A program made the position numbers and the translations under genes. The notes beneath the pieces are model-generated. The model made no database searches, was not told the DNA's origin, and saw only the letters and a program-made list of their open reading frames with translations. 64,000 nt of DNA from Ferrimicrobium sp. (GTDB taxonomy: Bacteria > Actinomycetota > Acidimicrobiia > Acidimicrobiales > Acidimicrobiaceae): positions 7,150 through 71,149 of the forward strand of contig JALCZJ010000012.1 of NCBI GenBank assembly GCA_022690815.1, in the 5' to 3' direction. Shown piece after piece: positions 10,687-20,029 of this stretch (the first letter of the stretch is position 1; every line of letters starts with the position of its first letter).

Positions 10687-11490
10687 ATGGCACCACTCGA
10701 CACGGGTGTCAGCAGGCTTGGTGGCCCCGGGCCTCACCGGATTGCCCAAAGAATGCCAACGGGTATGATGGTGAGTATGCCCATTGGTATACCAGGTCAG
10801 CGTCCGCACACCTCTGTCAGTGATGCCGCCTATCAACACCTCAAGCGCATGATCCTCTGTGGGACCCTTTCGCCAGGGACGGAGTTTACCGAGTTACAGG
10901 CCGCCGAGTTAGTTGGGTCGAGCCGAACCCCAGTGCGTGAAGCGCTCGCCCGGCTGCGTCATGGTCGATTGATCGTCGTGCTCGCGGCCCGTAGATACGC
11001 CGTTGCACCAATCGCAATTACTGACGTTCACAACCTGTTCGATGTGCGTCGACTCATCGAGTCTGAAACCGTTCGCCTGGCTGCCGGGCACGTCAATGGC
11101 GAACAGCTGCGCGAGCTCGATGCGGTCGGTAGCACCATCAGCTATGACCCGTCTGATCCGGAGAGCATCCAAACCTTTCTTAGCACCAACCAGCAATTCC
11201 ACCTAGCAGTAGCAACTGCCTCGGGCAATCGTCGCCTTGTCGATCTCTTGATACCCCTGCTTGATGAGATGGAGCGACTGCTGTTTCTCGGCCTCCAACA
11301 CAGTGACCGTGGAGCAGCCATCATCCACGAACATCAGGCCTTGATTGCAGCCCTTGAGGCCGGAGACACAACCGCGGCGGTCTTGGAGGTGCAATCCCAG
11401 CTCGACGACGCACAAACCATGGTCGATCAAGCCTTTTTGACTGGTGCCTTTGACGGCAAGCCAACGACCCTTGACAACCATGCCCAATAG
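10687..11490 (+). CDS. GntR-family (FadR/FCD subfamily) transcriptional regulator
   Basis: N-terminal winged HTH: AAYQHLKRMILCGTLSPGTEFTELQAAELVGSSRTPVREALARL. All-helical FCD-like C-terminus. The real start is probably an internal ATG (10753, 10765 or 10777). Confidence 0.85.
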   Translation: MAPLDTGVSRLGGPGPHRIAQRMPTGMMVSMPIGIPGQRPHTSVSDAAYQHLKRMILCGTLSPGTEFTELQAAELVGSSRTPVREALARLRHGRLIVVLAARRYAVAPIAITDVHNLFDVRRLIESETVRLAAGHVNGEQLRELDAVGSTISYDPSDPESIQTFLSTNQQFHLAVATASGNRRLVDLLIPLLDEMERLLFLGLQHSDRGAAIIHEHQALIAALEAGDTTAAVLEVQSQLDDAQTMVDQAFLTGAFDGKPTTLDNHAQ

Positions 11491-11521
11491 CAATGCCCAA
11501 TCACCAAAAAGGAGCCCGCTC

Positions 11522-12931
11522 ATGACCACGCCTTTGGCTACGACAAACGCAACACAACCCAGCACGTCCTCCCTCGAACTGATCGGGGCCTCGATCGAGG
11601 TCCCACTCGTCTCTGGAACATGGCGACGCTATGTGAACCTCGACTATGCAGCAAGTACGCCAGCCTTGGTCGCCGTCAAAGAGCGGCTTGATGCATTTCT
11701 GCCGTATTACAGCAGCGTCCATCGGGGGGCTGGCACCAAGTCACAGATCTCGACGGCAGCGTACGAGGGGGCCAAGGAGACGTTTCGTCGGTTTTTTCAT
11801 GCCCACAGATCCGATAGCGTCATTGTCACTCGCAACACGACCGACTCGATGAATCTTCTTGCCAGCTGCCTGCCACCACGCGCGCAGGTAGTCGCCTTCA
11901 CCTCCGAGCATCACGCAACGCTGCTGCCCTGGCAACACACGTCTGGTGATGTCAGCTATCTTGAGATGCCAACGAGTGCATCCCAGGCCATTGAACGACT
12001 CACCAGTTACCTGGTAGCCCATCCCATGACGACACTTGTCGCGGTGACTGGCGCCTCTAACGTCACCGGTGAAGTCTGGCCTATCGCTGAACTCGCCTCG
12101 GTGGCTCACGCTCACGGGGCACGTATCGTTGTTGATGCGGCACAGATGGCCCCTCACTTGCCCATCGACATGGCTGCGCTCGACATCGACTACCTTGCCG
12201 CCTCTGGACACAAGCTGTACGCCCCCTACGGCGCTGGCGTACTCATTGGCAAGGCGGATTGGTTGGATGGTGCCGACGCCTACCTGCGTGGTGGAGGTGC
12301 AGTTGATTTCGTCACGCCAACCGAAGTCCTTTGGTCGAAAGGGCCCGCCCGACACGAGGCCGGATCACCAAATGTCATCGGAGCGGTGGCTATGGCGATC
12401 GCCTGCGAAACGTTGGAGAACTACGGCATGGACCGGCTGGCACGGGAGGAGATCGACCTCGCCAGCTATGCCAGAACCGAGCTCGGAACCATTCCCGGCA
12501 TCGAACTCTATCGGCTTTGGCCGCCTGAAGCACCCCGAATCGGCGTAGCGACCTTCAACCTCAGCGGCTATGACCACAGCCATCTCGCCGCTATCCTCAG
12601 TGCAGAATACGGAATCGGCGTCCGACACGGCTGCTTCTGCGCTCATCCGCTGATTCTTGAACTGCTCGACGTGAGCGATGAGCAAGCAGTGTCGTTGCGT
12701 GCCGAGCTCAAGGCGGGGCATCGGCCCCGGCTACCGGGCGCGGTGCGCATGAGCGTGGGTGTGGGTACGACCCGCGCAGACATTGACTACCTCGTGGCAT
12801 CGTTGCGACACATCGCCGCAGAGGGGCCAGATTGGACTTACGACATCGATCAAGCAACCGGCGAGTTCAAACCAGAACCAGACCCTCGGCCATGGCCGGA
12901 TCTCCCGGTGCCACTTAAGCGCTCCGTGTAG
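11522..12931 (+). CDS. class V aminotransferase / cysteine-desulfurase-like PLP enzyme
   Basis: PLP-lysine motif SGHKLYAPYGAGVL. Fold-type I features: NTTDSMN, NVTGEVWP. Start chosen at ATG 11522, preceded by aaaaggag. Confidence 0.85.
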   Translation: MTTPLATTNATQPSTSSLELIGASIEVPLVSGTWRRYVNLDYAASTPALVAVKERLDAFLPYYSSVHRGAGTKSQISTAAYEGAKETFRRFFHAHRSDSVIVTRNTTDSMNLLASCLPPRAQVVAFTSEHHATLLPWQHTSGDVSYLEMPTSASQAIERLTSYLVAHPMTTLVAVTGASNVTGEVWPIAELASVAHAHGARIVVDAAQMAPHLPIDMAALDIDYLAASGHKLYAPYGAGVLIGKADWLDGADAYLRGGGAVDFVTPTEVLWSKGPARHEAGSPNVIGAVAMAIACETLENYGMDRLAREEIDLASYARTELGTIPGIELYRLWPPEAPRIGVATFNLSGYDHSHLAAILSAEYGIGVRHGCFCAHPLILELLDVSDEQAVSLRAELKAGHRPRLPGAVRMSVGVGTTRADIDYLVASLRHIAAEGPDWTYDIDQATGEFKPEPDPRPWPDLPVPLKRSV

Positions 12932-13183
12932 GCTCGAGGCTCCCTCACAAGAGCCTGTCGTGAGACGAATCGACCTGGCTCCACCAGCGTGAAGCGGGTG
13001 CCACTGCTAGCCAAACATCGGGGTCCGTGAACTTGGTAACCAAGTTTCGTCGTATTAACGACTGCACAAGCTGGCAGTTAGGGTAGCTTCGAGACGTCGG
13101 CCACGCATTTACACTAGCTGAGCAACAGGACCGACAAAGTGCGATCCAGCTGGCACGACACACAACAGAACGCAAAGAGATGC

Positions 13184-13216
13184 CAAGGCCGACTCTCTGA
13201 ACGAAAGTCGGCCTTG
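13184..13216. terminator. perfect 11-bp stem hairpin between convergent genes (candidate intrinsic terminator)
   Basis: caaggccgact-N11-agtcggccttg. On the minus strand it is followed by a T-rich tail (gcatctctttgcgttctgttgtg). Confidence 0.35.
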
Positions 13217-13289
13217 TCGGTTGAGTTAGACATTGTTGACGTCATCAGCGATGGCGCAGCAAGTTAGCAGGCTGTCACAGCTGGGTCCG

Positions 13290-14462
13290 CTAACTCTGTT
13301 GATCGTTGTAGTAAACATTGAAGCCATCCTTCGAGGCATGGAACCTACCCGGATAGGTAGCCACCGCTCCTGACTGGACCATGGCTGTCGGGATCATCAT
13401 CTGAGTCGCGCCAGAGTCCGCGCTCGCTACCTGGACGTCGAAGAACTTAATGGGGCTTGCGAACGGGGTCGGGACCGTTTGTCCTGCGTTCGTGGTCGGT
13501 GCCTCGACGATGAAGTCTGCACTGTCACCCGAGCCGTAGTAGTTGCCGACAGCACTCACCGACTGTCCAGTCGTGAGGTCGTTGACCGTCACCTTCCACT
13601 CAGTGCCGACCACCTGTTCGACGGTCACCTGCATGTCGTTGCCAGGGGCGACGCTCATGTTTGGCACCGTCTGAGAGGGGCTCGGCAGATTCTCTACCCA
13701 CGGGACGATCTTGACCGAACCATTCGCCAGATCCGGTATCTCATAGACACCAGCTTGGATGAGCGTCTGATTGCCAGATGTGCCACCAACTCCGACCCAT
13801 TGTGCGAGTGAACACGAAAGACTCATGCCGCCAGACACATCGTTCGCACACGATGCAGGCAACGACGAGGAGATCTTTGGCACGATGAACTGCGCGCTTG
13901 CCTTGGTAAAGGGCACTCCGTTCGGGGAATAGTCGACGTACCCTGACCAGTTGCCAGACGGAACGTCAACGACGACTGGTAGCCTCACCTGAGCCGAGGC
14001 ACCTGCGGCATCCGTCACGGTGATCGTCGCCTGCCCGCTCCCTGGTGCGTCCGGTATCCCAAACAGGGTTCCATTCGGTGTGATCTGTAGCCAGTCGAGA
14101 TTTGAGCTCAACGACCATTGCAGCGAACCGTCGCCGCCGCTCGCTTGGAGCTGTTGCTGTAGCTCGGTTCCCTCGATTGTGCCGATGCCTTGTGGCGCCT
14201 GAATCTTCAAAGTTCCAGCACTGCTGGCAGTCGATGCAGCCGGCGTAGCTGCATTTGATTGGCTGTACTGTTGCACAAGTTTCGCCAAGGAATTTGGGGA
14301 GCTCGTAGACTCTGCGCTCTTGCGTGAGGCCGCAAAGGTTCGCGGTTCGCGGAGTTTGGCGTGCGTCGTTTCGGCCGATGTCGTCCCCCAAACGGCAACT
14401 GCCAACGCTGCCGCGGTCCCAACCAGGAAAAGTCTCTTCGCCGAGGATTTCTGTGTCTTCAT
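13290..14462 (-). CDS. secreted glutamic peptidase (MEROPS G1 / eqolisin-like) with N-terminal Ig-like (He_PIG-type) domain
   Basis: Signal peptide MKTQKSSAKRLFLVGTAAALAVAVWG. G1 landmarks NWSGY, QWVGVGG, catalytic-Gln context LIQAG and catalytic-Glu context DFIVEAP. Start ATG 14462 is preceded by GGAGG. Confidence 0.75.
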   Translation of the reverse strand: MKTQKSSAKRLFLVGTAAALAVAVWGTTSAETTHAKLREPRTFAASRKSAESTSSPNSLAKLVQQYSQSNAATPAASTASSAGTLKIQAPQGIGTIEGTELQQQLQASGGDGSLQWSLSSNLDWLQITPNGTLFGIPDAPGSGQATITVTDAAGASAQVRLPVVVDVPSGNWSGYVDYSPNGVPFTKASAQFIVPKISSSLPASCANDVSGGMSLSCSLAQWVGVGGTSGNQTLIQAGVYEIPDLANGSVKIVPWVENLPSPSQTVPNMSVAPGNDMQVTVEQVVGTEWKVTVNDLTTGQSVSAVGNYYGSGDSADFIVEAPTTNAGQTVPTPFASPIKFFDVQVASADSGATQMMIPTAMVQSGAVATYPGRFHASKDGFNVYYNDQQS

Positions 14463-15290
14463 TGTATTACCTCCATCGATTCGCAAATGCTTCCATCGCA
14501 GCTACCCCGCGCTCATGGATGGGATGTACACCAGCTCGACTGCTGATCGACAAATCAACTATGTCGAGACCGAGGTTCTCTCGCCTGGAGGCACCTATTC
14601 GGCGTTCATCATTGCTGTTGTAACTGCGAATACCAGCCATCATCTCTTCACTACCTTTAACCGTGAAGGTAAGCCACCCGTCTTAGGAGATCACTAGTCA
14701 AAGCGTAGAAAAACCTGGATGCTTCTGGGCCCGTAACATCTGGTGGGCATCATGACGGCCATACAATCAGGGGCGTCTTGGCCCACGCAATGAGGAGATG
14801 GGATTCCGATAGTCTCTCTGGTACAGCCCGACAATACGTCTTGCCGGGCGATCATAACGCATCCATCCGACCCTTGGCAGCCTTACCACCACGTTCTGGC
14901 GTCAACGACCTCTTGACGACGGCGACAAGCGATGCGCTACATCCGTCAATCAGGCCGAGAGTCAACGAACCAGGCAGTTGCCATGCCACATACGAACGAT
15001 GTCTCGTGCATGAGCGAGGTATCTTTCTAATATTGCCCGTGATGATGTGCGCGGGTGTGATATTGTCGAACCGTGTGCAATCACCGACAACGAGGAACGC
15101 TCGGACCAAAGCCACACGGCTAGATGGGGACAAGAACTGAACAAACCGACACTCAATCTGGCCACGTCACATCGCTCGGTGAGGTTCGTCTAATCCAGCG
15201 CTGTGCATCGTGGCATCAGGCTATGACCGCGCCCTGGCTCGGCGCCAAGTACAGCAGTTCAGCCGGTCACGGACAACGAAGGTAGGTCGG

Positions 15291-17300
15291 ATGGTCGTAA
15301 GTAAACGAAGACTGATCTTTATCTTGGTCGCGTTGATGCTCGGTATGCTGATCGGCGCCCTCGATCAGACGATCGTGGCGACGGCCTTGCCCACCATTGC
15401 CGGCGACCTCCATGGCCTCTCTCACCTCTCGTGGATCGTGACCGCCTATCTCCTTGCCGAGACCGCTTCGACCCCGCTTTGGGGCAAACTTGGCGATCTC
15501 TATGGTCGCAAGGTCTTCTTCGAGGTTGCGATCGTCATCTTCCTTGTGGGATCGGCCCTCTCTGGACTCTCAGCCTCGATGCTTGAGCTTATCGCCTTCC
15601 GCGGGCTCCAGGGGATCGGAGCCGGCGGCCTGGTGGTCGGTGCGCAGGCCATCATCGGCGATGTCGTCTCCCCTCGAGAACGCGGTCGCTACGAAGGTGT
15701 CTTTGGTGCCGTCTTTGGAGTAGCAAGCGTCCTTGGACCATTGATCGGGGGGTTTCTCGTTGACGACGTTGGCTGGCGATGGGTCTTTTACGTCAACCTT
15801 CCATTCGGCGTGCTCGCGCTCGTCGTCGCTGCGTTGGCGCTACCGAGTGCTACCGAACGAGTAGCTCATGTCATCGACTACCTGGGGACCATTCTCATCG
15901 CAGGTGTTGCGGTTAGCTTGGTGCTCCTCACCACACTTGGTGGCAGCACATTTGCATGGCTCTCCCTCCAGACCGCGGCGCTGGCGGTGATCGCCATCGT
16001 CTGTCTCTTTGGGTTTATCGCCGTTGAGCGACGTGCCCCAGAGCCGGTCATCCCCCTCAGGCTCTTTGCCAATCGCATCTTCTCTGCGACCAGTGCCATC
16101 GGATTCGTAGTTGGTTTTGCCATGTTCGGGTCAATCACGTATCTCCCGCAGTATCTCCAGGTGGTACAAGGTGTAAGCGCCACCGCCTCTGGTCTTCGAC
16201 TCCTCCCGCTGATGGCCGGCCTTCTCCTGACCACCATTACCTCCGGAGCCCTCATCACTCGTTGGGGCAGGTACAAGGTCTTCCCGATCATCGGTAGCGC
16301 CCTCATGGCCCTAGGTCTCTATCTCCTTTCGACCATGACGGTATCAACGAGCACTCTCACATCGTCTGCCTGGATGTTCGTGTTGGGCATCGGCATTGGT
16401 GGAGTGATGGAGGTGCTCGTCATCGCGGTCCAAAACGCCGTCGACTATCAAGACCTCGGAGTCGCCACCTCTGGCGCCACCTTCTTTCGCTCGATCGGCA
16501 GCTCATTTGGCACCGCGATCTTTGGCGCCATCTTCGCCGACGAGCTCGTCGGCCACCTGACCCACGACCTACGCGGGCTGCGCTTACCAGCCGGGTTTCA
16601 CCCAACTGCCGGTGCCAGCCCAGCGAGTTTAGCAAAGCTCCCTGCACCGGTGCATGCTGGCTTCATCCACGCGTATGCAACCACGCTTAGTACTGTCTTT
16701 CTTGTCGCCGTTCCGATCGCCCTGATCGCTTTCGTCCTGGCATGGACGCTCAAGGAGGTGCCGATGCGGGAGGTGGTTGGCGCCCCAGACCCTGCACAAC
16801 GACTAGCTCCAACGGCACAGCCCTCGGTCCGCAGCTCCGAGGACGAGGTCCTTCGCGCCCTGTCGGTCATCGCATCCCGCGAGGATCGGCCAGCGATCTA
16901 TCACGCACTCGCAACAGCAGCTGGACTCGATCTCGATCCACGTTCGACCTTCGTGCTCTTTCGGCTCGACGGTCAATCAACGGTCGATCTCTCGGCCCTC
17001 GCCGATCGCGTCGGAGTGGCTCCGGAGGCATTCCGTGGGCTGCTGACACCGCTCGTTAGGGCGGAGCTCATCGACGTCACCGAGGACCCAGCCACGACGT
17101 CGACCATCGTCAGCGTCACCGAACGTGGTGCACAGGCTATTGAACACCTCGTGCAAGCCCGCCGCGACGGTCTTCGTCGCCTCCTTGGTGGCTGGTCTGA
17201 CGAGGTCGATGCCCGTCTCTCAGAGAGGATCGGGGCACTCGCACGCAACCTCTTCGACGATCCGCAACGTCGCCAGGAATTCCTTGCCCCAAGCCAATGA
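15291..17300 (+). CDS. DHA2-type (14-TMS, EmrB/QacA-like) MFS efflux transporter fused to a C-terminal MarR-like winged-helix domain
   Basis: N-terminus [17 protein letters not shown] and [10 protein letters not shown] are typical of DHA2. The last ~150 aa ([25 protein letters not shown]...[21 protein letters not shown]) look like MarR. Start taken at ATG 15291. Confidence 0.85.
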   Translation: MVVSKRRLIFILVALMLGMLIGALDQTIVATALPTIAGDLHGLSHLSWIVTAYLLAETASTPLWGKLGDLYGRKVFFEVAIVIFLVGSALSGLSASMLELIAFRGLQGIGAGGLVVGAQAIIGDVVSPRERGRYEGVFGAVFGVASVLGPLIGGFLVDDVGWRWVFYVNLPFGVLALVVAALALPSATERVAHVIDYLGTILIAGVAVSLVLLTTLGGSTFAWLSLQTAALAVIAIVCLFGFIAVERRAPEPVIPLRLFANRIFSATSAIGFVVGFAMFGSITYLPQYLQVVQGVSATASGLRLLPLMAGLLLTTITSGALITRWGRYKVFPIIGSALMALGLYLLSTMTVSTSTLTSSAWMFVLGIGIGGVMEVLVIAVQNAVDYQDLGVATSGATFFRSIGSSFGTAIFGAIFADELVGHLTHDLRGLRLPAGFHPTAGASPASLAKLPAPVHAGFIHAYATTLSTVFLVAVPIALIAFVLAWTLKEVPMREVVGAPDPAQRLAPTAQPSVRSSEDEVLRALSVIASREDRPAIYHALATAAGLDLDPRSTFVLFRLDGQSTVDLSALADRVGVAPEAFRGLLTPLVRAELIDVTEDPATTSTIVSVTERGAQAIEHLVQARRDGLRRLLGGWSDEVDARLSERIGALARNLFDDPQRRQEFLAPSQ

Positions 17301-17491
17301 GGTAGTGACGTCGGCGCGACCAAGAACGTTGGGTGTCCGGCTCGCTGGTGCGCATCGATACTGGCGACCATTCACGTCTATAGCCAAGAATACGATCTGG
17401 CACACTGATCGAGACGACGGAGGCAATCGACGCACACGACGACGCAGGTGGCGACCCACAATCTGACCGGTATCGGCTATGGAAGGAGGAG

Positions 17492-18629
17492 TTACGTCCT
17501 TCGGCGACGTAAGAATGGATTGGTCATCGCTTCGGTGGCACAAGCGTTTCCATCGTCTCCGACCGTCTGACCAGGAGCAACCATCGTATCGATTTGGTCC
17601 AACACCTCATCGCTTAAGTGAACGTCGACGGCACCCAACTGCTCTTGCAGCTGTCCCATCGTTCTTGAGCCAACGATGGGAGTTGTGACACTTAGATGGG
17701 ATAGCACAAGGGCGAGCGCGAGGTGCACCAAGGAGTGGCCCCATGCTTGGGCCAACGATGCAAACTGCTCGACCGCCTCGAGGTTGGCCTAGGAGCGTGC
17801 TGAATAAGTCATGTTTCAAGAAAATCACAGCTCTCTGACCTGGACTTTTAGCATCTCAGTTTGGCAATAATCGGGCTTATTCAGCACGCTCCTAGTTCGT
17901 TGTGAGCGAGGGATCAAACCATGCCGGCATCATCTGGGCCCGCCGTGTCGCCGGGGCACTAGCTCCCTTGCGAATCGCGCCCGAACGCCAACCGCCTGCA
18001 AGACGACTCCAGGTGAGAACACCCAACTGATAGCGCTGGGCCACCGGCAGTACCTCACGTTCGATACCGCGATCAGGAAGCGAATACGGGGACTTTGTGC
18101 CCACAAATCGGCCCCATCCACGCCGGTGAGAGATCCGCTGATCCTCCACCATGGGTGACGCTTCAAACGCTGAAGATCCCAAAGCGCGAATCTTTCTTGC
18201 ACGCTACAGATCGGTCCCTGCACTGACCGTCTCGTCATCGTCGGTATCGGCATCTAAACGGTGAACCTTGTAGAGATCGATCCAATCGGTCTGCAAGCCC
18301 ACCTCGACCTCTCGGATGATCCAACGACGTGAATTGCCCCGCCGGTTCGGGTCTCCTCCAGAGGCGCCCATTGCAACCGCCCATAGGACCATGGAAATTG
18401 GTGGCGAGAATCACATCCACGCGCCGCCTGCCTACGCCTCGCCAACGATGACCTCGTACTCGGCTTGAGTAACATCAGCCGTATCGATAATGTTAATGCC
18501 AGAATCCAAGGCACGATGAATGATTCGAACCGCCGTCTAGTGATCAGGCTCACAGGCACCAAACATCATGGCACCAAGACACAGTTGACTGACGTACATA
18601 CCGGTATGCCCGAGATTGCCCTACTCCAT
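17492..18629 (-). pseudogene. aldo/keto reductase pseudogene (5 in-frame TAG codons, 2 frameshifts, MITE insertion)
   Basis: The reconstructed reading is AKR-like throughout: ME*GNLGHTGMYVSQLCLGAMMFG..., [50 protein letters not shown]. The C-terminus reads LALALVLSH..IVGSRTMGQLQEQLGAVDVHLSDEVLDQID. TAG codons lie at 18621-23, 18537-39, 18432-34, 18204-06 and 17892-94. Confidence 0.8.
17789..17896. mobile_element. ~100-bp MITE with IS5-family-like terminal inverted repeats, inserted at a CTAG site inside the AKR pseudogene
   Basis: Perfect 20-nt inverted repeat: ctaGGAGCGTGCTGAATAAG (17789-17808) and CTTATTCAGCACGCTCCtag (17876-17895). The repeat resembles the E. coli IS5 end GGAAGGTGCGAATAAG as I recall it. 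No ORF inside. Confidence 0.75.
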
Positions 18630-18805
18630 AGGAGCATGCTAACCGGGCATCATGGGCACCTCTCATCGCACAACGAGACTACGAAGATCGAAGATTTCTC
18701 GTCCGCCGAATGGCTGGGTCGAGGGATGGCAGGTGGGCATGGGGGCGATCTCAAGCAGATGAAGGACTGTCATCACAAGCGTCTCGCCTCTAGAATGGCC
18801 CTGAA

Positions 18806-19840
18806 ATGCCCGACCCCAAAGAACTCCTCCATCGCGTCGACGATTTCCAGCAACGGCACTGGCCCCTAGCTTTTGCGTACGCCGTCCTACGCAAATATGG
18901 GCAAGACTCGGCATCCACATGGGCGTTACTGATCGCCTATTATGGCTTCGCGTCCCTCTTTCCTCTCTTGCTCGTTGCAGTGACCCTGACAGGGATCGTC
19001 TTCGCCCACAACCCATCGTTGTCGCATCAGATCTCCAACACGGTCTTCTCGCAGATTCCTGTCATCGGCCCGCAATTGCGTTCCCGGGCGGGGGTGCACG
19101 CACTCGACACCCACAGCGCACTCGGGCTTGTAATCGGGGTCATTGGACTGCTCTGGGGCGCCCAAGGCGTTGCAACAGCCGCGCAAGAGGCGATGGCCAC
19201 GGTCTGGAACGTTCCTATGACCGATCGACCCAACTTCATCCCCCGCACACTCCGCAACTTTGGTATCCTCACGATACTCGGTATCAACGTCTTGATCACG
19301 TCGTCCCTCGCCACCTTCACCGCCACCCTTGGCGGTCACGAGCTAGGCAAGATAGCGCTGATCGTCGTCACCGTCATCATCAATCTCGGGTTGTACGTGA
19401 TCGGGTTTCGGTTCCTGGCCCCACGATCGATCCCAACCGAGGATCTCCTACCTGGAGCCCTCGTAGCAGGTGTCGCCTGGAGTGCACTGCAACAACTGGG
19501 GGGTTATCTACTGGGGCACCAACTCGCACACGCGTCAGCCACCTATGGCGTCTTCGGACTCGTGCTCGGCCTGATCACCTGGCTCGGACTCACCGCTACC
19601 GCCACCCTCTATGCCGCCGAGATCAATGTCGTCCATGTTCGAAAACTTTGGCCCCGCAGTTTGACACAGCCGCCGTTGACCTCCGCTGACGAGCTAGCTT
19701 TGACAGCCCTGGCAAAGCAGCAACAATATCGACCCGAGCAAGAGATCACCGTTACCTTTACCAAGAAGCCAACAAAGGACCCGGATGATGTAGATGACCT
19801 CATTTCGGACGGATCCACTTCAGCAGAGTCCAAAGCCTGA
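18806..19840 (+). CDS. YihY/BrkB-family inner membrane protein
   Basis: Characteristic N-terminus FAYAVLRKYGQDSASTWALLIAYYGFASLFPLLLV, followed by ~6 TMS and an acidic tail. Confidence 0.85.
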   Translation: MPDPKELLHRVDDFQQRHWPLAFAYAVLRKYGQDSASTWALLIAYYGFASLFPLLLVAVTLTGIVFAHNPSLSHQISNTVFSQIPVIGPQLRSRAGVHALDTHSALGLVIGVIGLLWGAQGVATAAQEAMATVWNVPMTDRPNFIPRTLRNFGILTILGINVLITSSLATFTATLGGHELGKIALIVVTVIINLGLYVIGFRFLAPRSIPTEDLLPGALVAGVAWSALQQLGGYLLGHQLAHASATYGVFGLVLGLITWLGLTATATLYAAEINVVHVRKLWPRSLTQPPLTSADELALTALAKQQQYRPEQEITVTFTKKPTKDPDDVDDLISDGSTSAESKA

Positions 19841-20029
19841 AGGCTCCACCAAAGGCGCGGCGTCAAGCCACCAACAGCCAAGTTGCCAGATAGTGGACGA
19901 TGGTGGCTTAGCAGTCACCGCCACGCTGGATCTTCAACAAACGCTCACATTGCCGGGTACGCCGACAGCCTCGTTCGCCACTCTTGCCGATCGCTGTAGG
20001 CGTGCATCACAACGTTGTCGATCGCATAC

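Noticed and set aside
17492-18629. The idea that the five in-frame TAG codons reflect amber read-through or recoding (for example pyrrolysine-type).
   Set aside because: TAG terminates several intact genes in this window: the EAL gene, M19 dipeptidase, GntR and the aminotransferase. The same gene also carries two frameshifts and a MITE, so simple decay is the economical explanation.
18919-19689. A 256-aa plus-strand ORF overlapping the YihY gene in another frame.
   Set aside because: It is extremely Arg/Pro/His-rich. The YihY frame has the family N-terminal motif and clean TM segments.
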